A model generated the notes under the pieces. The model was not told where the DNA came from, did not search any database, and saw nothing but the letters and a program-made list of their open reading frames with translations. Below, piece after piece: positions 19,594 through 29,742 of a stretch of 42,163 nt of DNA. The stretch is taken from the IMG/VR virus record IMGVR_UViG_2728369608_000007; one strand, 5' to 3'. This stretch comes from a virus (Duplodnaviria; Heunggongvirae; Uroviricota; Caudoviricetes). Both the position numbers and the translations under genes were made by a program. Every line of letters begins with the position of its first letter. Positions within the stretch are counted from its first letter, which is position 1.

Positions 19594-20911
19594 TCTCGAT
19601 GTCCTCGTCGGTAATGGATGCCCCGATGCCGGTTACGTCAGAATTTTCTCGCAAATCAGTCATAGCGGCTTTCAGTGTCATCAGACCATCACCCAGCGCT
19701 GTACTGATTGCGTTGGTAGTGTTTAACGCCACCGTTGAGCGATCGACATCAGACATTTGCCAGAGCGGGTTAAACTCAAACGTGAAATCGTCCGGCAGCG
19801 GCTTGCCAAGTTCCGAACGATGCATGATGTCCAGTATCCGCCGCACCGGAAGACGTAAACGCCTCTCCTGCAACGAGCTTACCCGGTCGTAATAGTTGGC
19901 AAGGTCTGCATCGCCGGTAGAAAATCCCTTCGGGGACTGTCCGAACAACCGCACCAGTGGGATACCAACAGCGCCACTAATCTGTTCTGCAAACTGTGAA
20001 AGGATGTCATCCAGACCACTGAAGCTGTACTGATGGGTTTCAAACTTATCCCGCGAGTCCATGAGAGTCATGCCTTCATTGCTCTGGAACTGTCGAATCA
20101 GGTCAATATTCTTCAGCAACGCTTCATACGCAGGACCACCAAGTGCGATAAGCTCGCGTAGCTTCTCCACGCTGTAGGTACGCAAATGCGCTTTGTAGAC
20201 CAGCTGCGCCGCGCCGACAGTAGCGCTGTCGAACGCGGTAAGACGATCCCAGATACGCTCTACAACCGACATTCCCCATTCGTTCTCGGTCATCTTCTGC
20301 TGAAATGGCAGCGTGACGCCATCAAAGCGAATCAGTCGACTGTGATGAATGCGCCAGGCAGGAATTCCCGTTGCTGTGGTCACCACATCGTAAAACTCAG
20401 GTTTACCCAGGTCCGGCCCCATATCTTTAATGCGGCGGGTCAGTACCGGGTCAATCATCCAGCGGTCGAGCGGGAGAATTCCCTTAAACTTGCCCTTACC
20501 GATGGTTTCGGGTCGCAGCGGGGTCATTGGTGCCTGCCCCTCAATCATGATGAAACCCACCGCGCCGCCGTAGAGGCGCGACCATTTCAGCACGTCATTC
20601 AGCGCATCCCAGATTTGCAACTCATCCAGTTGTGATTCGAGAATGCCACGATCTTTTGCATCAATTTCCGAAGTGATGCGAATGCCTTTGCGGGTCATAT
20701 CATCCGGGATAGCATCGACTGCTTCGCCGATGATCCAGGACGAACGATAGGACCATTCCACCAGCATGCGGTTACGACTGGTGAAATTAGCCCGGTAGGT
20801 GGATGCTGAGTGCTGGTTAGGTGTCTGCATCCCTACGCGGGCAATAAAATTCTCATAACCATCAGCTGTGGCCTGCGCAGTTCGCCGCAGGGCTTGTTTG
20901 TTTCGTGCCAT
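19445..20911 (-). CDS. portal protein
   Basis: 488-aa protein directly downstream of large terminase; acidic C-terminus. Confidence 0.8.
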   Translation of the reverse strand: MARNKQALRRTAQATADGYENFIARVGMQTPNQHSASTYRANFTSRNRMLVEWSYRSSWIIGEAVDAIPDDMTRKGIRITSEIDAKDRGILESQLDELQIWDALNDVLKWSRLYGGAVGFIMIEGQAPMTPLRPETIGKGKFKGILPLDRWMIDPVLTRRIKDMGPDLGKPEFYDVVTTATGIPAWRIHHSRLIRFDGVTLPFQQKMTENEWGMSVVERIWDRLTAFDSATVGAAQLVYKAHLRTYSVEKLRELIALGGPAYEALLKNIDLIRQFQSNEGMTLMDSRDKFETHQYSFSGLDDILSQFAEQISGAVGIPLVRLFGQSPKGFSTGDADLANYYDRVSSLQERRLRLPVRRILDIMHRSELGKPLPDDFTFEFNPLWQMSDVDRSTVALNTTNAISTALGDGLMTLKAAMTDLRENSDVTGIGASITDEDIENAEDEAPPGIGEPDDEPQEPSGGNPVSNQPTQDSAGGRGHRKWSLRWFK

Positions 20912-22533
20912 CAGGCCTGTCTCCCTAGCAGCTCCCAGATGTTCAGGGCTGAATTCATTGGGGCATAGTTGATCATCACCGAGTCGGCAAGGTTTGGCGA
21001 TCGGGTTCCATCAGGCTGTTTATCAATAACTATTTTTCCCACACCATTAATGGAATAGGTCGGCTGCGAAAGCTCGATGATGAGTTTATCTTTGAGTGCC
21101 ATGCTACTGCTGATTGAGATGATTTCGTCCGGGTTGTAAGCCATACCTTCAACCACGGCGCGCCAGGTATTCTGAAAAAGTTTACGTAACCGCCACCAGC
21201 TCTGGGCTTTGGCGTTAGCGAAGAAGTCCTTGTTCAGACGTGCGGCTTGCCCGTTGTCCCCGCGAACAGCTTCATCATCCGGATCAAATACCGCGCCACT
21301 ACCTCGAAACGGTGTGGCAAGTATTGACGGTCGACGCGCAGCGTTACGCAGTTCGTTGATAGCGCGTGCATCGCCGCGAACGCCAGCGCCCAGCCCGTCC
21401 TCGTCAAAGCGAAACTCTTCGAGGTTGTCCTGTTCGCAAAAGCCGAAAACCTTCTTGACGGACTGATAAATGTCGCTGCCCACACCGGACCATTCCCGCA
21501 CATTTTCCAGGAGGAAGCCATGACGGGTGGAAAAGGCATTTTTGTCCCTGCCTTCGTCGGCGACATCCATCGCGCCAAGTCGTTTGCCTGTTGGCTGGAT
21601 ACCCAGTTTGATATGCGCATCAACGGCAGCCTGTACCCATTCGGATGGAATCAGGACGCCTTCCGCTGATGCGCTGTAGTTCAGATCAAGTTCCTGTGCC
21701 ACCACCACCGGATTATCGATTTTCTCGCATTCCCTGCGATACCACTCTTCATCCTTGCGAGGATCATCCCGCCAGTGGAATGTGAATACCGGTATCTTCC
21801 CGCCATGACGCTTCTGAGCGAACGGGTTAGCCATGCCGTTAACTGAACTCAGGTCGATACGGCAACGCGTCGTTTGTGACAACGCCGCATCAATCAGCAG
21901 AGGACGCTGAAGGAATGCAGCCTCATCAACCAGATAAAGCGTGGTACGGTCACCACGACCAATATTATCGCCAGCCTCGCCTTTGATAACGGCACCAGTT
22001 TCAGGAAACTCAACACGCATATATGGCGCGTGCTTCTTCTCGCTCCACGAACCGCGAAACTCTACAGGCAGTGTTTCCACGAACTTGCGCGCCTTCCAGA
22101 ACAATGCTTTCGGGTCACCGGTGCTGTCGACGTATTCCTCTTTACGGGAGCCGAAACCGATAACCATTTCTTTGTTGAAGAGACAAAGCGAACATGCCAG
22201 TCCGATCGCGGTCCAACTGAGCCCCATTTCACGGGATTTTTCGGTAATACCATTCTCCCGATTGCCCCAGCGTTCCATAATCCAGTGGATCCACTCCTCC
22301 TGCTTAGGGAAGAGTAAAAACGGAATGGTCACCGGCAGGCCATAATCAATATTACGCGGGTCCGTTGTCATGCCCCAGTCGATGATGAACTGAGCCGGAT
22401 TGGTTCGGTAAAACTGTTTTAGTGCAGGCAATATTTCAGGATTCTGGCGAATGCGCTGTAGGCGTTCCATCCGCCATTCAAAAACCATCTGGTAATCAGG
22501 ATGTTTAAAATCGAAGGGGAATGGTAACGGCAT
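20911..22533 (-). CDS. terminase large subunit
   Basis: 540-aa protein with ATPase and nuclease-type regions (LYLVDEAAF Walker B-like). Confidence 0.9.
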   Translation of the reverse strand: MPLPFPFDFKHPDYQMVFEWRMERLQRIRQNPEILPALKQFYRTNPAQFIIDWGMTTDPRNIDYGLPVTIPFLLFPKQEEWIHWIMERWGNRENGITEKSREMGLSWTAIGLACSLCLFNKEMVIGFGSRKEEYVDSTGDPKALFWKARKFVETLPVEFRGSWSEKKHAPYMRVEFPETGAVIKGEAGDNIGRGDRTTLYLVDEAAFLQRPLLIDAALSQTTRCRIDLSSVNGMANPFAQKRHGGKIPVFTFHWRDDPRKDEEWYRRECEKIDNPVVVAQELDLNYSASAEGVLIPSEWVQAAVDAHIKLGIQPTGKRLGAMDVADEGRDKNAFSTRHGFLLENVREWSGVGSDIYQSVKKVFGFCEQDNLEEFRFDEDGLGAGVRGDARAINELRNAARRPSILATPFRGSGAVFDPDDEAVRGDNGQAARLNKDFFANAKAQSWWRLRKLFQNTWRAVVEGMAYNPDEIISISSSMALKDKLIIELSQPTYSINGVGKIVIDKQPDGTRSPNLADSVMINYAPMNSALNIWELLGRQA

Positions 22534-22535
22534 AC

Positions 22536-23108
22536 TTAGCCCATCATTTTTCTATACGCCTCTGCAGCCTGCTCCGGCGTTAAGTTGGTAATTTCTGTTC
22601 TGACTGGTCCTCCATCAGCGCCAGTCACTTCATTTTTGACGTTGTCTTTAAACGCCTGAACAGAAACATGACGCCCAAGCAACTCAAGGTTTTTAACCTT
22701 ATCAGGCCACTTAATCTTTTTAAGGATCCCGACCATTTCTCTGTCATCTCCTCGCCCCTCAAACATTTCAGCGAGGTTAAATCCACTCAGGTACCGACGC
22801 CACGATTCCGGCCACGCAGACAGAGGCTTAATACTTAAATCGTCCTCTAGGATGTCAGCCACATCGAGCCTGTCGATCTCAACCAGTCGCATCAGCACAT
22901 AATTCGCATCAATGCCCAGTTGATCAATACGCTCCTGCTTTAGCTCGTTAATACGGGCGCGTATCTCAGGTTTACCGTATAGTTCAGCCCCCGTAACATG
23001 TGCTCGCCTGGAGACGTAGCCTGCGCGAATAGCTGCTTGTGTAGCATTCAGATCGACAAGAAACTCGCGACAAAACACCTCGTGTTTTGCTTTCAGCTTC
23101 TTAGTCAT
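22536..23108 (-). CDS. terminase small subunit
   Basis: 190-aa protein upstream of and coupled to large terminase. Confidence 0.8.
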   Translation of the reverse strand: MTKKLKAKHEVFCREFLVDLNATQAAIRAGYVSRRAHVTGAELYGKPEIRARINELKQERIDQLGIDANYVLMRLVEIDRLDVADILEDDLSIKPLSAWPESWRRYLSGFNLAEMFEGRGDDREMVGILKKIKWPDKVKNLELLGRHVSVQAFKDNVKNEVTGADGGPVRTEITNLTPEQAAEAYRKMMG

Positions 23109-23169
23109 TTTATTTTCCAGTTATCAGGTCATTATCGAAGCCCCTCCTGGAAGAGCTTCTGTAATGCTA

Positions 23170-23694
23170 TTACCGGGACTGTTCTATTTGTCGGACACCA
23201 GCCAACTGGTTATTCGCCTTCTCGATGGCTGCCAACAATGGGTTAATCCACAGAACAGCCTGGCAATATGTCAACGTTCTGGTGGTAGTGGCACGATCAC
23301 CGGCTGGGTCAATGTACCCGGAATCGGCGTGCAATGCGCTGGCGCGTAAACGGTTCGCGTAGTTGAGCAACCCGACAGCAATATCAGCAGGAACAGGGAA
23401 ATCACAGTTCTTTTCACGGAGCAGAACCTCACGGTATTTGATGACTGTCTTCTCGTGACCGATGTCGACCAGAGAATTTAATCGGCTTGCGTTTTCTGCT
23501 ATCTGGTTAAAACGATTGAAGTTTAATGCCTGATTAGCTATCACTTTCCCTTGATATTCAGCTTCACCTTCCGCTTTATCAGCCCGCAACTTTTCTGCCT
23601 GATACTTGCTGTGGTAATGGTTTGCAGACCAGACGAGCGCCCCAAAGGCAGAGAAGAAAAATGCCGCGATGACAATCTTATAAGTCAGCTTCAT
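23170..23694 (-). CDS. Rz-like i-spanin
   Basis: N-terminal TM helix followed by WSANHYHSKYQAEKLRAD, resembling lambda Rz; located after the endolysin. Confidence 0.7.
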   Translation of the reverse strand: MKLTYKIVIAAFFFSAFGALVWSANHYHSKYQAEKLRADKAEGEAEYQGKVIANQALNFNRFNQIAENASRLNSLVDIGHEKTVIKYREVLLREKNCDFPVPADIAVGLLNYANRLRASALHADSGYIDPAGDRATTTRTLTYCQAVLWINPLLAAIEKANNQLAGVRQIEQSR

Positions 23695-24154
23695 TTACCA
23701 CCCCACCAGCATCTTTAAACCTGGAAATCAGGTCACCGATTTTATGTTCATACTGACCGTAACCTGCACCAGGTAACGACGCCCAGATATTGCTGCAACG
23801 GTCGATTGCCTGACGAATATCGCCACGGTCAATCATCGGTAAAGCGCCACGCTCTTTAATCTGCTGCAGCGCCACAGCGTCCTGACTTTCTGGCGAAAAA
23901 TCTTTCAGGCCAAGCTGCTTGCGGTAGGCATCCCACCAGCGTGAAAGAAGCTGATACCGGCCTGCGGCTGTTGATTTAAGCTTCGGGTTTAGCGTGACAA
24001 GTTTGCGAGGGTGATCGGAGTAATCAGTGAACAACTCACCTCCGACGATAACGTCATAACCGTGATTACGTGTCGGTTGTCGCCCGTTATCCGTTCCTTC
24101 TGACCATGCCACCATATCCAGGAAAGCTTTACGTTGGGAATTTAGTGTCTGCAT
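23678..24154 (-). CDS. R: endolysin, lambda R-like lytic transglycosylase
   Basis: NSQRKAFLDMVAWSEGTDNGRQPTRNHGYDVIVGGELFTDYSDHPRKLVTLNPKLKS is near-identical to lambda R as I recall it. Confidence 0.9.
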   Translation of the reverse strand: MQTLNSQRKAFLDMVAWSEGTDNGRQPTRNHGYDVIVGGELFTDYSDHPRKLVTLNPKLKSTAAGRYQLLSRWWDAYRKQLGLKDFSPESQDAVALQQIKERGALPMIDRGDIRQAIDRCSNIWASLPGAGYGQYEHKIGDLISRFKDAGGVVNEADL

Positions 24155-24157
24155 GAA

Positions 24158-24517
24158 TTACTCCTTAGAGCCACCAAACTTGTTACCGATTACTCGCATT
24201 GCAGCCCCACGAATAGCATCGACACCGATCAGCCCAACACCACCACCAATGGCAACAGAAAGCGATTTAGGCCATCCGACATACTCAAGAGCGGATGCAA
24301 AAGTCAGCGTCAGAGCACCACAGAGCAAAATCTCAAGCGTTTTTCGTTTCCAGCCGCCGCCACCGCCAAAATAGGCAATGCGCAAGCCAGCCATAACAAT
24401 TGACATAACCACTGCGCCCAACGGCGTATCTCCACGCCACCAACTTTGTAAGAGTTCCAGTAAGTCAGGCCAGGAATGAGGAGCATTGTGCATTTTCATA
24501 CTTCCCACCTCCGCCAT
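24158..24517 (-). CDS. holin (likely starts at the internal Met-Lys-Met, about 24499)
   Basis: TM segments; Met-Lys-Met dual-start motif like the lambda S holin/antiholin; directly upstream of the endolysin. Confidence 0.7.
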   Translation of the reverse strand: MAEVGSMKMHNAPHSWPDLLELLQSWWRGDTPLGAVVMSIVMAGLRIAYFGGGGGWKRKTLEILLCGALTLTFASALEYVGWPKSLSVAIGGGVGLIGVDAIRGAAMRVIGNKFGGSKE

Positions 24518-24600
24518 TACGGGGTGTTGTTGAAAGGCGGGCCCTGCGTATACGCCCGTAGGATTGGGTTATGAGCCGTCCTTCGGTGGGCCCTGAATAC

Positions 24601-24623
24601 AAAAAAAGTTCGCCATAGCGAAC
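24601..24623 (-). terminator. intrinsic terminator of the short late leader transcript (tR'-like)
   Basis: On the minus strand GTTCGC-TATG-GCGAAC followed by TTTTTTT; lies between Q and holin. Confidence 0.7.
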
Positions 24624-25031
24624 CTTGTTAAATTTGTTAAAAAAGGAAGTTATTTAACATAATGTACGTTATAGGAACCACACGATCCCCGCTCGCAATA
24701 GATTTGCGATGAAAGGCCTATTTAATCAACTTAAGTGGTCCAGAATGACGAAATTCGAGTGAATAAAAGGTGCATAAAAAAGGGCAAAAACTGCATAGCG
24801 TTTTTTCGCAGCGAAAGCCCTGTTTTATTAACTTTTCCCCAGAATGGGGCAATAAAAAAGGCCCCCTTGCGGAAGCCTCTTCGTGATGAACTGTTTTCAA
24901 CAGATATCAGGCTAATCGGCTTTTTGGAATTCCACAACTATTTTTTATCTTACCTTGATACCTGAAGCCGTCAGGTGTTTACGGCAATCCTGAATACCAT
25001 CTGATTCCCTTACGTGATTGATTACTGGATA

Positions 25032-25454
25032 TTATGCCGCCGGGCAGCTCCTTCGCAAAGTCCTGATAGCCTTAGGCTTTGACTGAACTGCTTGATCCAT
25101 TTCCAGAACCACGTCCAGCATAGCCAGGCAGCCGTCGATAAATCCCTCTGCAGCCTGGAGCCTCTTCAGAACTTGAGTGTGTGATACGCCGAGCTTCACA
25201 CCCATAGCCCTCACAGGCATCGCCTGGATGTAATGCCACTCAAGGAGCGTACACAGGTACGGATCTTTTTTCTTCAGGCAGTTCATAGCAGAGCTGATGA
25301 TCAGACCGTCATTGTCACTGCACTTCAGCCGCCCGGCTTGCGTTGCAGGTAGCAGATTCTTAAATCCAGCGGAAACAGGTGGATAGTAGACACTGCAACC
25401 TTCGCTCGCAGCCCAGCCCCCCCATCGCTCTAAAACCAGTCGAATATCACGCAT
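25032..25454 (-). CDS. late gene antiterminator Q
   Basis: MRDIRLVLERWGGWAA... matches the Q antiterminator family of lambdoid phages; located upstream of the lysis cassette. Confidence 0.85.
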   Translation of the reverse strand: MRDIRLVLERWGGWAASEGCSVYYPPVSAGFKNLLPATQAGRLKCSDNDGLIISSAMNCLKKKDPYLCTLLEWHYIQAMPVRAMGVKLGVSHTQVLKRLQAAEGFIDGCLAMLDVVLEMDQAVQSKPKAIRTLRRSCPAA

Positions 25455-25479
25455 AGCTCTGACCTCTACGTTTTGCTAC

Positions 25480-25770
25480 TTACCGTTCATCTTTCATTTT
25501 GAGGTTAGAAAGATGTTTAAGCCGCTGGCAATACGCTTTCCAGTAAGCCTCAGAGTGCATCGGGTGCTCGATATCGCTATACAGCCATACACAGTCGTCG
25601 CGCTGAGTTACCGGCGGTGGCGCCAACACATCTCGAGTGGCCTGCGTTAGTGCTCTTTTGAAGAAAAAAGCCTCCCCTAAGGGCTGGTAGTCTCTGTTGA
25701 ATGCTTCCCAAGCCCCCTCAGCTGTTTTGCGGATACCGTAAGGCATACATTGGCGGAATATCTTTGACAT
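25480..25770 (-). CDS. hypothetical protein (nin-region position)
   Basis: 96-aa ORF between primase-helicase and Q. Confidence 0.5.
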   Translation of the reverse strand: MSKIFRQCMPYGIRKTAEGAWEAFNRDYQPLGEAFFFKRALTQATRDVLAPPPVTQRDDCVWLYSDIEHPMHSEAYWKAYCQRLKHLSNLKMKDER

Positions 25771-25820
25771 CGTCGTATCCTCATTTAGTTATTTGCTAAT
25801 TTTTTCAAGTTAATTTCCGG

Positions 25821-26084
25821 GTGACGGCTAGGTGACGCGTAATTACATATCCGTCACCTGCTGCAAAGCGCGCCATATAAGGCCTGAAGATGTTTTAGGT
25901 GACAGGTGACGGTTGATTTTAGTTCTCTATATATAAGCGATCGTATAATACCTAAAATACACACTATCGCGTATATAGTTTTAAATTCTGCCGTCACCTG
26001 TCACCTTTAGCACATTTCCCATTGTTTTATATATACTTTTTAAGGTGACGCTTAAGCGTTTTGCCGTCACCTAGCCGTCACCTT
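25821..26084. repeat. iteron cluster flanking an AT-rich core (putative replication origin)
   Basis: At least 9 copies of GGTGAC(G/A)G / CCGTCACC in both orientations around TATATATA-rich DNA, immediately downstream of the primase-helicase gene. Confidence 0.6.
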
Positions 26085-26085
26085 T

Positions 26086-28347
26086 TTACAATCCAGATTG
26101 CAAAATTTCGCAAGATTTATATATTTCGCGCAATTCTTCGTTGCTGAAATCGTTATTTTTTACAAGAATCCAAATCCTATATACAAACCCGTCAATTTTT
26201 ACGCGTACGGGTTCCCGCTTTGTTCTTTCTTTCAAAATGCGAGTAATATGCTTCTGGTTAATTTCTACATCCATTCCTGCTTCTGCCAGTATTGCGTTAA
26301 CAATTTGTTGATAAGTCATTGCTGGCACAGGCGGATTATCCAGGATTTCAATAAGAGCAGCCTCCACATCGCTCTTATTGCTTTCAATCATCAGAAGGCG
26401 TTCTTTCGTCTCGGGGGCGCGCTGCCAGTTAAAGCGAGACAGGTCAACGCCCATCAGATACCAGTACACCTGGGCGATAAAGTCGCTGTCGCTTAGCGCA
26501 CCGTACAGGCTGGCGTAATGCTCTTCAGTTGCGGCGAAGTCAGGGCCCCCCAGCACAGCGATACGTCGGTCTTCCTCTGGCAGCGCCAGCGCATCAAAGT
26601 GGTTGGTGTAGAACAGAAAGCCGGTGTATATATCCATCGTTTTTTTGCTGCCATATTTGCGGTTCACTTCAAACCGTGGTTCTGTCAGCACGTCACGGAT
26701 CTTATCGTTCACCTCATACCGCTTATCATTTTCGCGCACCTCGTCAATGGTGCATAGAAGCGTATTGTACAGATAGTCATGGAACTGGTTATCGCACAGG
26801 ATCTTCATGCGAGTACGAGCACAGTTCCACGGACCAAGCACGCGCTCCATTAACTGGCTGACCCATCCTCTGCCCGTACCATGTGCGGAAGCCACATGCA
26901 GAATAGAAATCGGGCATCGACGCTCCGGACGCTGAACCATCCACCCCAGACGGGCGATGAAAAACTCGCGCTGCCAGGCATCAGGTACCAGATACGCCAT
27001 ATGATTAAGGAACGTGGACACCTTACTTGTATCCGCTGTACGTGGATGCTCAGGCATATAAAATTCGTTTATCTCAAACCGCCCGTCGAAACGCTCGATA
27101 ATACGTCCCGCACCGGGCTTATAGCCTGTCGTCTCAGCAATCTTCTTATGCCGATGCTCTATCCACCGTTTGGTTGCGGGAGTTGGTTGCCCTTTCCCTT
27201 CTGGCGGGAACTGGTAAGGCGCCATCAGGTTTTTGAACGACTTCATATCCATCATGCACTGATATGGCGGTCGGCTAAGATCACATACCTGGTCACCCTC
27301 GATGACGTAGATAAAGCGTTCCAGAAAATGAGCTGTCATATCTGTATTAATATCGGTAAATTCAGGCTTATCGCCATCTTCAACCACCGTGAGATCTTCG
27401 AACAGGGATTGCGTATAGCCGTAGCCTTCCAGCCAGTCGGCATCAGTAAGCCCCGCATCGGTGTTGTGCATGCTTTTAAAATGTCCCTGTTCAAATCCCC
27501 CCGTCCCTTTTGGGAAATACTTAATGGATGTTTCGCTGCAACCGTTGCTGTATTCTGACTCATCCCGAAACGGTTTCAGATTGCGGGAACCATCAGAGCT
27601 GACTGACAGAGTCCACCCGTTCGCGTCAAGCCAGTCGGCGACATCATCTGTCGCGGAAGGATCAACACAGGAAAGATCACGCTGACGTCCTGCACCTGCG
27701 GTATAGCTGTCTTTCACGGGTAAGTTATCCGCCAGACGCTGCCACAGGCTTTCGAGCTGTTCAGATGTAATTTTCAGAGGTTCGCCGGGCAGACCGCAGT
27801 CCCACTGAATACGTTCGCCTGCCGGATGGGTACCACAAGCCACAAACTGCTGGCCCTTAGCGAGCAGCTCTATTTGTTTGTTTTCGCCTTCCAGGCGGTG
27901 ACCACGTTTACGGTAGTCGCCATCAACAGCAATCAGGTACAGGCATTTATGACTGTCAGCCCGCCAGCGACGTGGCGGAAGTTCCCCCAGGCATGACAGG
28001 ATAATATTGCGTACGATCTCCTGCATCCCGGCGTCATTGATATCGCAGTCCAGAGCCACCACCCCGTCGCCAGTACGAACGCAAATACCGTAATCGGGTT
28101 CGTTCGACCACCGGGCAAAATCGTTTTCCGTAACAACATAGTTAGCCCAGTCGGGGATACCAACAACCTTACGTTGGCCATTGTAGCGACTGGGGGTTTT
28201 GCCGAAATTATGAGACAGCTTGCTATTAGGCGACAGTTCTGCACAGGGATTGGACACCACAGGTAAAAGCCTGTCTGTCATCCCCAACACCAGATCGAAG
28301 TGGAACCACTCATCGGGCGTAGCTCCCCATGGTTTGTTATCAGACAT
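26086..28347 (-). CDS. primase-helicase (replication initiation protein)
   Basis: 753-aa protein with N-terminal primase-polymerase-like region and C-terminal NTPase-like region; first gene after cro. Confidence 0.75.
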   Translation of the reverse strand: MSDNKPWGATPDEWFHFDLVLGMTDRLLPVVSNPCAELSPNSKLSHNFGKTPSRYNGQRKVVGIPDWANYVVTENDFARWSNEPDYGICVRTGDGVVALDCDINDAGMQEIVRNIILSCLGELPPRRWRADSHKCLYLIAVDGDYRKRGHRLEGENKQIELLAKGQQFVACGTHPAGERIQWDCGLPGEPLKITSEQLESLWQRLADNLPVKDSYTAGAGRQRDLSCVDPSATDDVADWLDANGWTLSVSSDGSRNLKPFRDESEYSNGCSETSIKYFPKGTGGFEQGHFKSMHNTDAGLTDADWLEGYGYTQSLFEDLTVVEDGDKPEFTDINTDMTAHFLERFIYVIEGDQVCDLSRPPYQCMMDMKSFKNLMAPYQFPPEGKGQPTPATKRWIEHRHKKIAETTGYKPGAGRIIERFDGRFEINEFYMPEHPRTADTSKVSTFLNHMAYLVPDAWQREFFIARLGWMVQRPERRCPISILHVASAHGTGRGWVSQLMERVLGPWNCARTRMKILCDNQFHDYLYNTLLCTIDEVRENDKRYEVNDKIRDVLTEPRFEVNRKYGSKKTMDIYTGFLFYTNHFDALALPEEDRRIAVLGGPDFAATEEHYASLYGALSDSDFIAQVYWYLMGVDLSRFNWQRAPETKERLLMIESNKSDVEAALIEILDNPPVPAMTYQQIVNAILAEAGMDVEINQKHITRILKERTKREPVRVKIDGFVYRIWILVKNNDFSNEELREIYKSCEILQSGL

Positions 28348-28350
28348 GGG

Positions 28351-28551
28351 TTACGCCTTTTGTCTAGCTGTCACTTCCTGAAAAAGCTTTTCTATCGCAC
28401 GTACTGTAGAAAAGCGAGGGTCAGAATGAACCCCGGTGAGAAGCCGACTAATAGAAGACTGCTTCACGCCTGCAATTTCGGCAATTTGGTTTTGGGTATA
28501 CCCTGAATCAATCAAGCTTTTGACCATCTCTTGTGGTGTTAGTCCGGACAT
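28351..28551 (-). CDS. Cro-like HTH transcriptional regulator
   Basis: 66-aa HTH protein (QNQIAEIAGVKQSSISRL) divergent from cI. Confidence 0.75.
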   Translation of the reverse strand: MSGLTPQEMVKSLIDSGYTQNQIAEIAGVKQSSISRLLTGVHSDPRFSTVRAIEKLFQEVTARQKA

Positions 28552-28692
28552 ATTTAAGTCTCCACTTTCGTCTATAGCGCAAATTTATACGAAAACGGAT
28601 TATTCAGCAATACGGCAATTCTATATCATCCTGGATTAAAATATCCGATAACGCATAATCACCGTCCCTGTATACAACATGGATGAATCCAA
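28552..28692. promoter_or_regulatory. divergent cI/cro promoter-operator region
   Basis: 141-bp intergenic region between divergent repressor genes; individual operators not resolved by eye. Confidence 0.5.
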
Positions 28693-29367
28693 ATGATTGA
28701 TACTACCGATATCCTTTCTCAAAACATCAAGTACCTGATGGACAAAGCCAAGATAAGCTCGATAACTGAGCTGGCACGTCGGTTACAACTGAACCAACCA
28801 ACGCTACACAGGCTGGTATCAGGAGAGGTGAAAGATCCGAAATACGCAACGTTAAAGCAGATCGCCGACTACTTCCACGTGTCACCAATAGACCTGGCAG
28901 AAAGGAGCCTTCAAGAAATGGAGAAAGAGGACGCGACGGGTATAAAAACGTATATTTCTCTTAGGTTTAATAAAGTACCTGTTTTGGGAAACACTCAGCT
29001 AGGCGTTGGAGGACTTTGGAGCGACACCCAATATTCAGTAGGTAGCAGTGATGGTTTCATATACTGGCCGACAAAGGATGAAGATGCATACGCCCTGAAA
29101 TGTGTTGGTGATTCAATGATGCCTAGAATCAAAGAGGGTGAGTTCGTAATCGTCGAACCCAACCACGACTACACTCCTGGTGATGAAGTACTTGTGGTTA
29201 CCCGGGACGGTGAGGTCATGGTTAAAACCTTCTTGTTCGAACGCGATGGCCTGTTCCATCTAATGTCTGTAAATGAAGATCATCCACCAGTCAGAGTACC
29301 ACGCGAAAACATTGAAAAAATCCATTACGTGGCGGGGATCGCCAAATCCGCGCTACGCATGTACTAA
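28693..29367 (+). CDS. CI-like repressor (HTH + S24 LexA-type peptidase domain)
   Basis: N-terminal HTH; C-terminal GDSM...K self-cleavage motif. Confidence 0.9.
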   Translation: MIDTTDILSQNIKYLMDKAKISSITELARRLQLNQPTLHRLVSGEVKDPKYATLKQIADYFHVSPIDLAERSLQEMEKEDATGIKTYISLRFNKVPVLGNTQLGVGGLWSDTQYSVGSSDGFIYWPTKDEDAYALKCVGDSMMPRIKEGEFVIVEPNHDYTPGDEVLVVTRDGEVMVKTFLFERDGLFHLMSVNEDHPPVRVPRENIEKIHYVAGIAKSALRMY

Positions 29368-29397
29368 CCTTTACAGTCTGATAACTTACTTCTGATC

Positions 29398-29430
29398 AAA
29401 CCGCTCTCCACAAGGGCGGTTTTCTTATTT
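29398..29430 (+). terminator. intrinsic terminator downstream of cI
   Basis: AAACCGC-N11-GCGGTTT followed by a T-rich tail. Confidence 0.6.
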
Positions 29431-29451
29431 GCAAAATAATTCATTTTCGTA

Positions 29452-29509
29452 TTGACGCAAAATCCCATAACGCATATAAATACGATACCGCATAATTAAT
29501 GCGTTTTTT
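29452..29509 (+). promoter_or_regulatory. sigma70-like promoter (TTGACG-17-TATAAA) followed at once by hairpin plus T6
   Basis: -35 at 29452-29457, -10 at 29475-29480; CGCAT-AATTA-ATGCG hairpin at 29489-29503 then TTTTTT. Confidence 0.45.
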
Positions 29510-29742
29510 AATACCAGCTCTTTAACAAACTGAACCGCGTGACAGGTAAGCCGCAGTACTCCTGGCAAAATGAAATGGCACCCGATGGGATCGAGGTAAG
29601 CGCCGAGTCCGTATGCGTACGGTAAGCGTAGAGGACAACACCGCGACGAACTGATAAGTCACGCAAGTTGAAACGCCCCGACGATGGGGCGCTTAGTTCC
29701 TTTAACTCTGGGTGGCCGGAAGGGTACCCATGCTTAAAGAAA

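Noticed and set aside
23170-23694. Embedded o-spanin (Rz1) gene within the Rz-like gene
   Set aside because: Expected by analogy with lambda, but I could not identify a convincing lipobox-containing small ORF in the +1 frame by inspection; left unannotated.
24520-25031. tRNA genes between Q and the holin, as seen in some lambdoid and Stx phages
   Set aside because: No cloverleaf-compatible segment or conserved T-loop (GTTCGAATC-like) motif seen by eye; hairpins here fit late-leader/terminator structures. Small ORFs 24718-24900, 24731-24937 and 24735-24965 are treated as spurious.
25821-26084. Possible CRISPR array suggested by repeated GTGACGG-containing motifs
   Set aside because: Repeats are only 8-9 bp, irregularly spaced, present in both orientations and surround an AT-rich core; no cas genes; pattern fits origin iterons.
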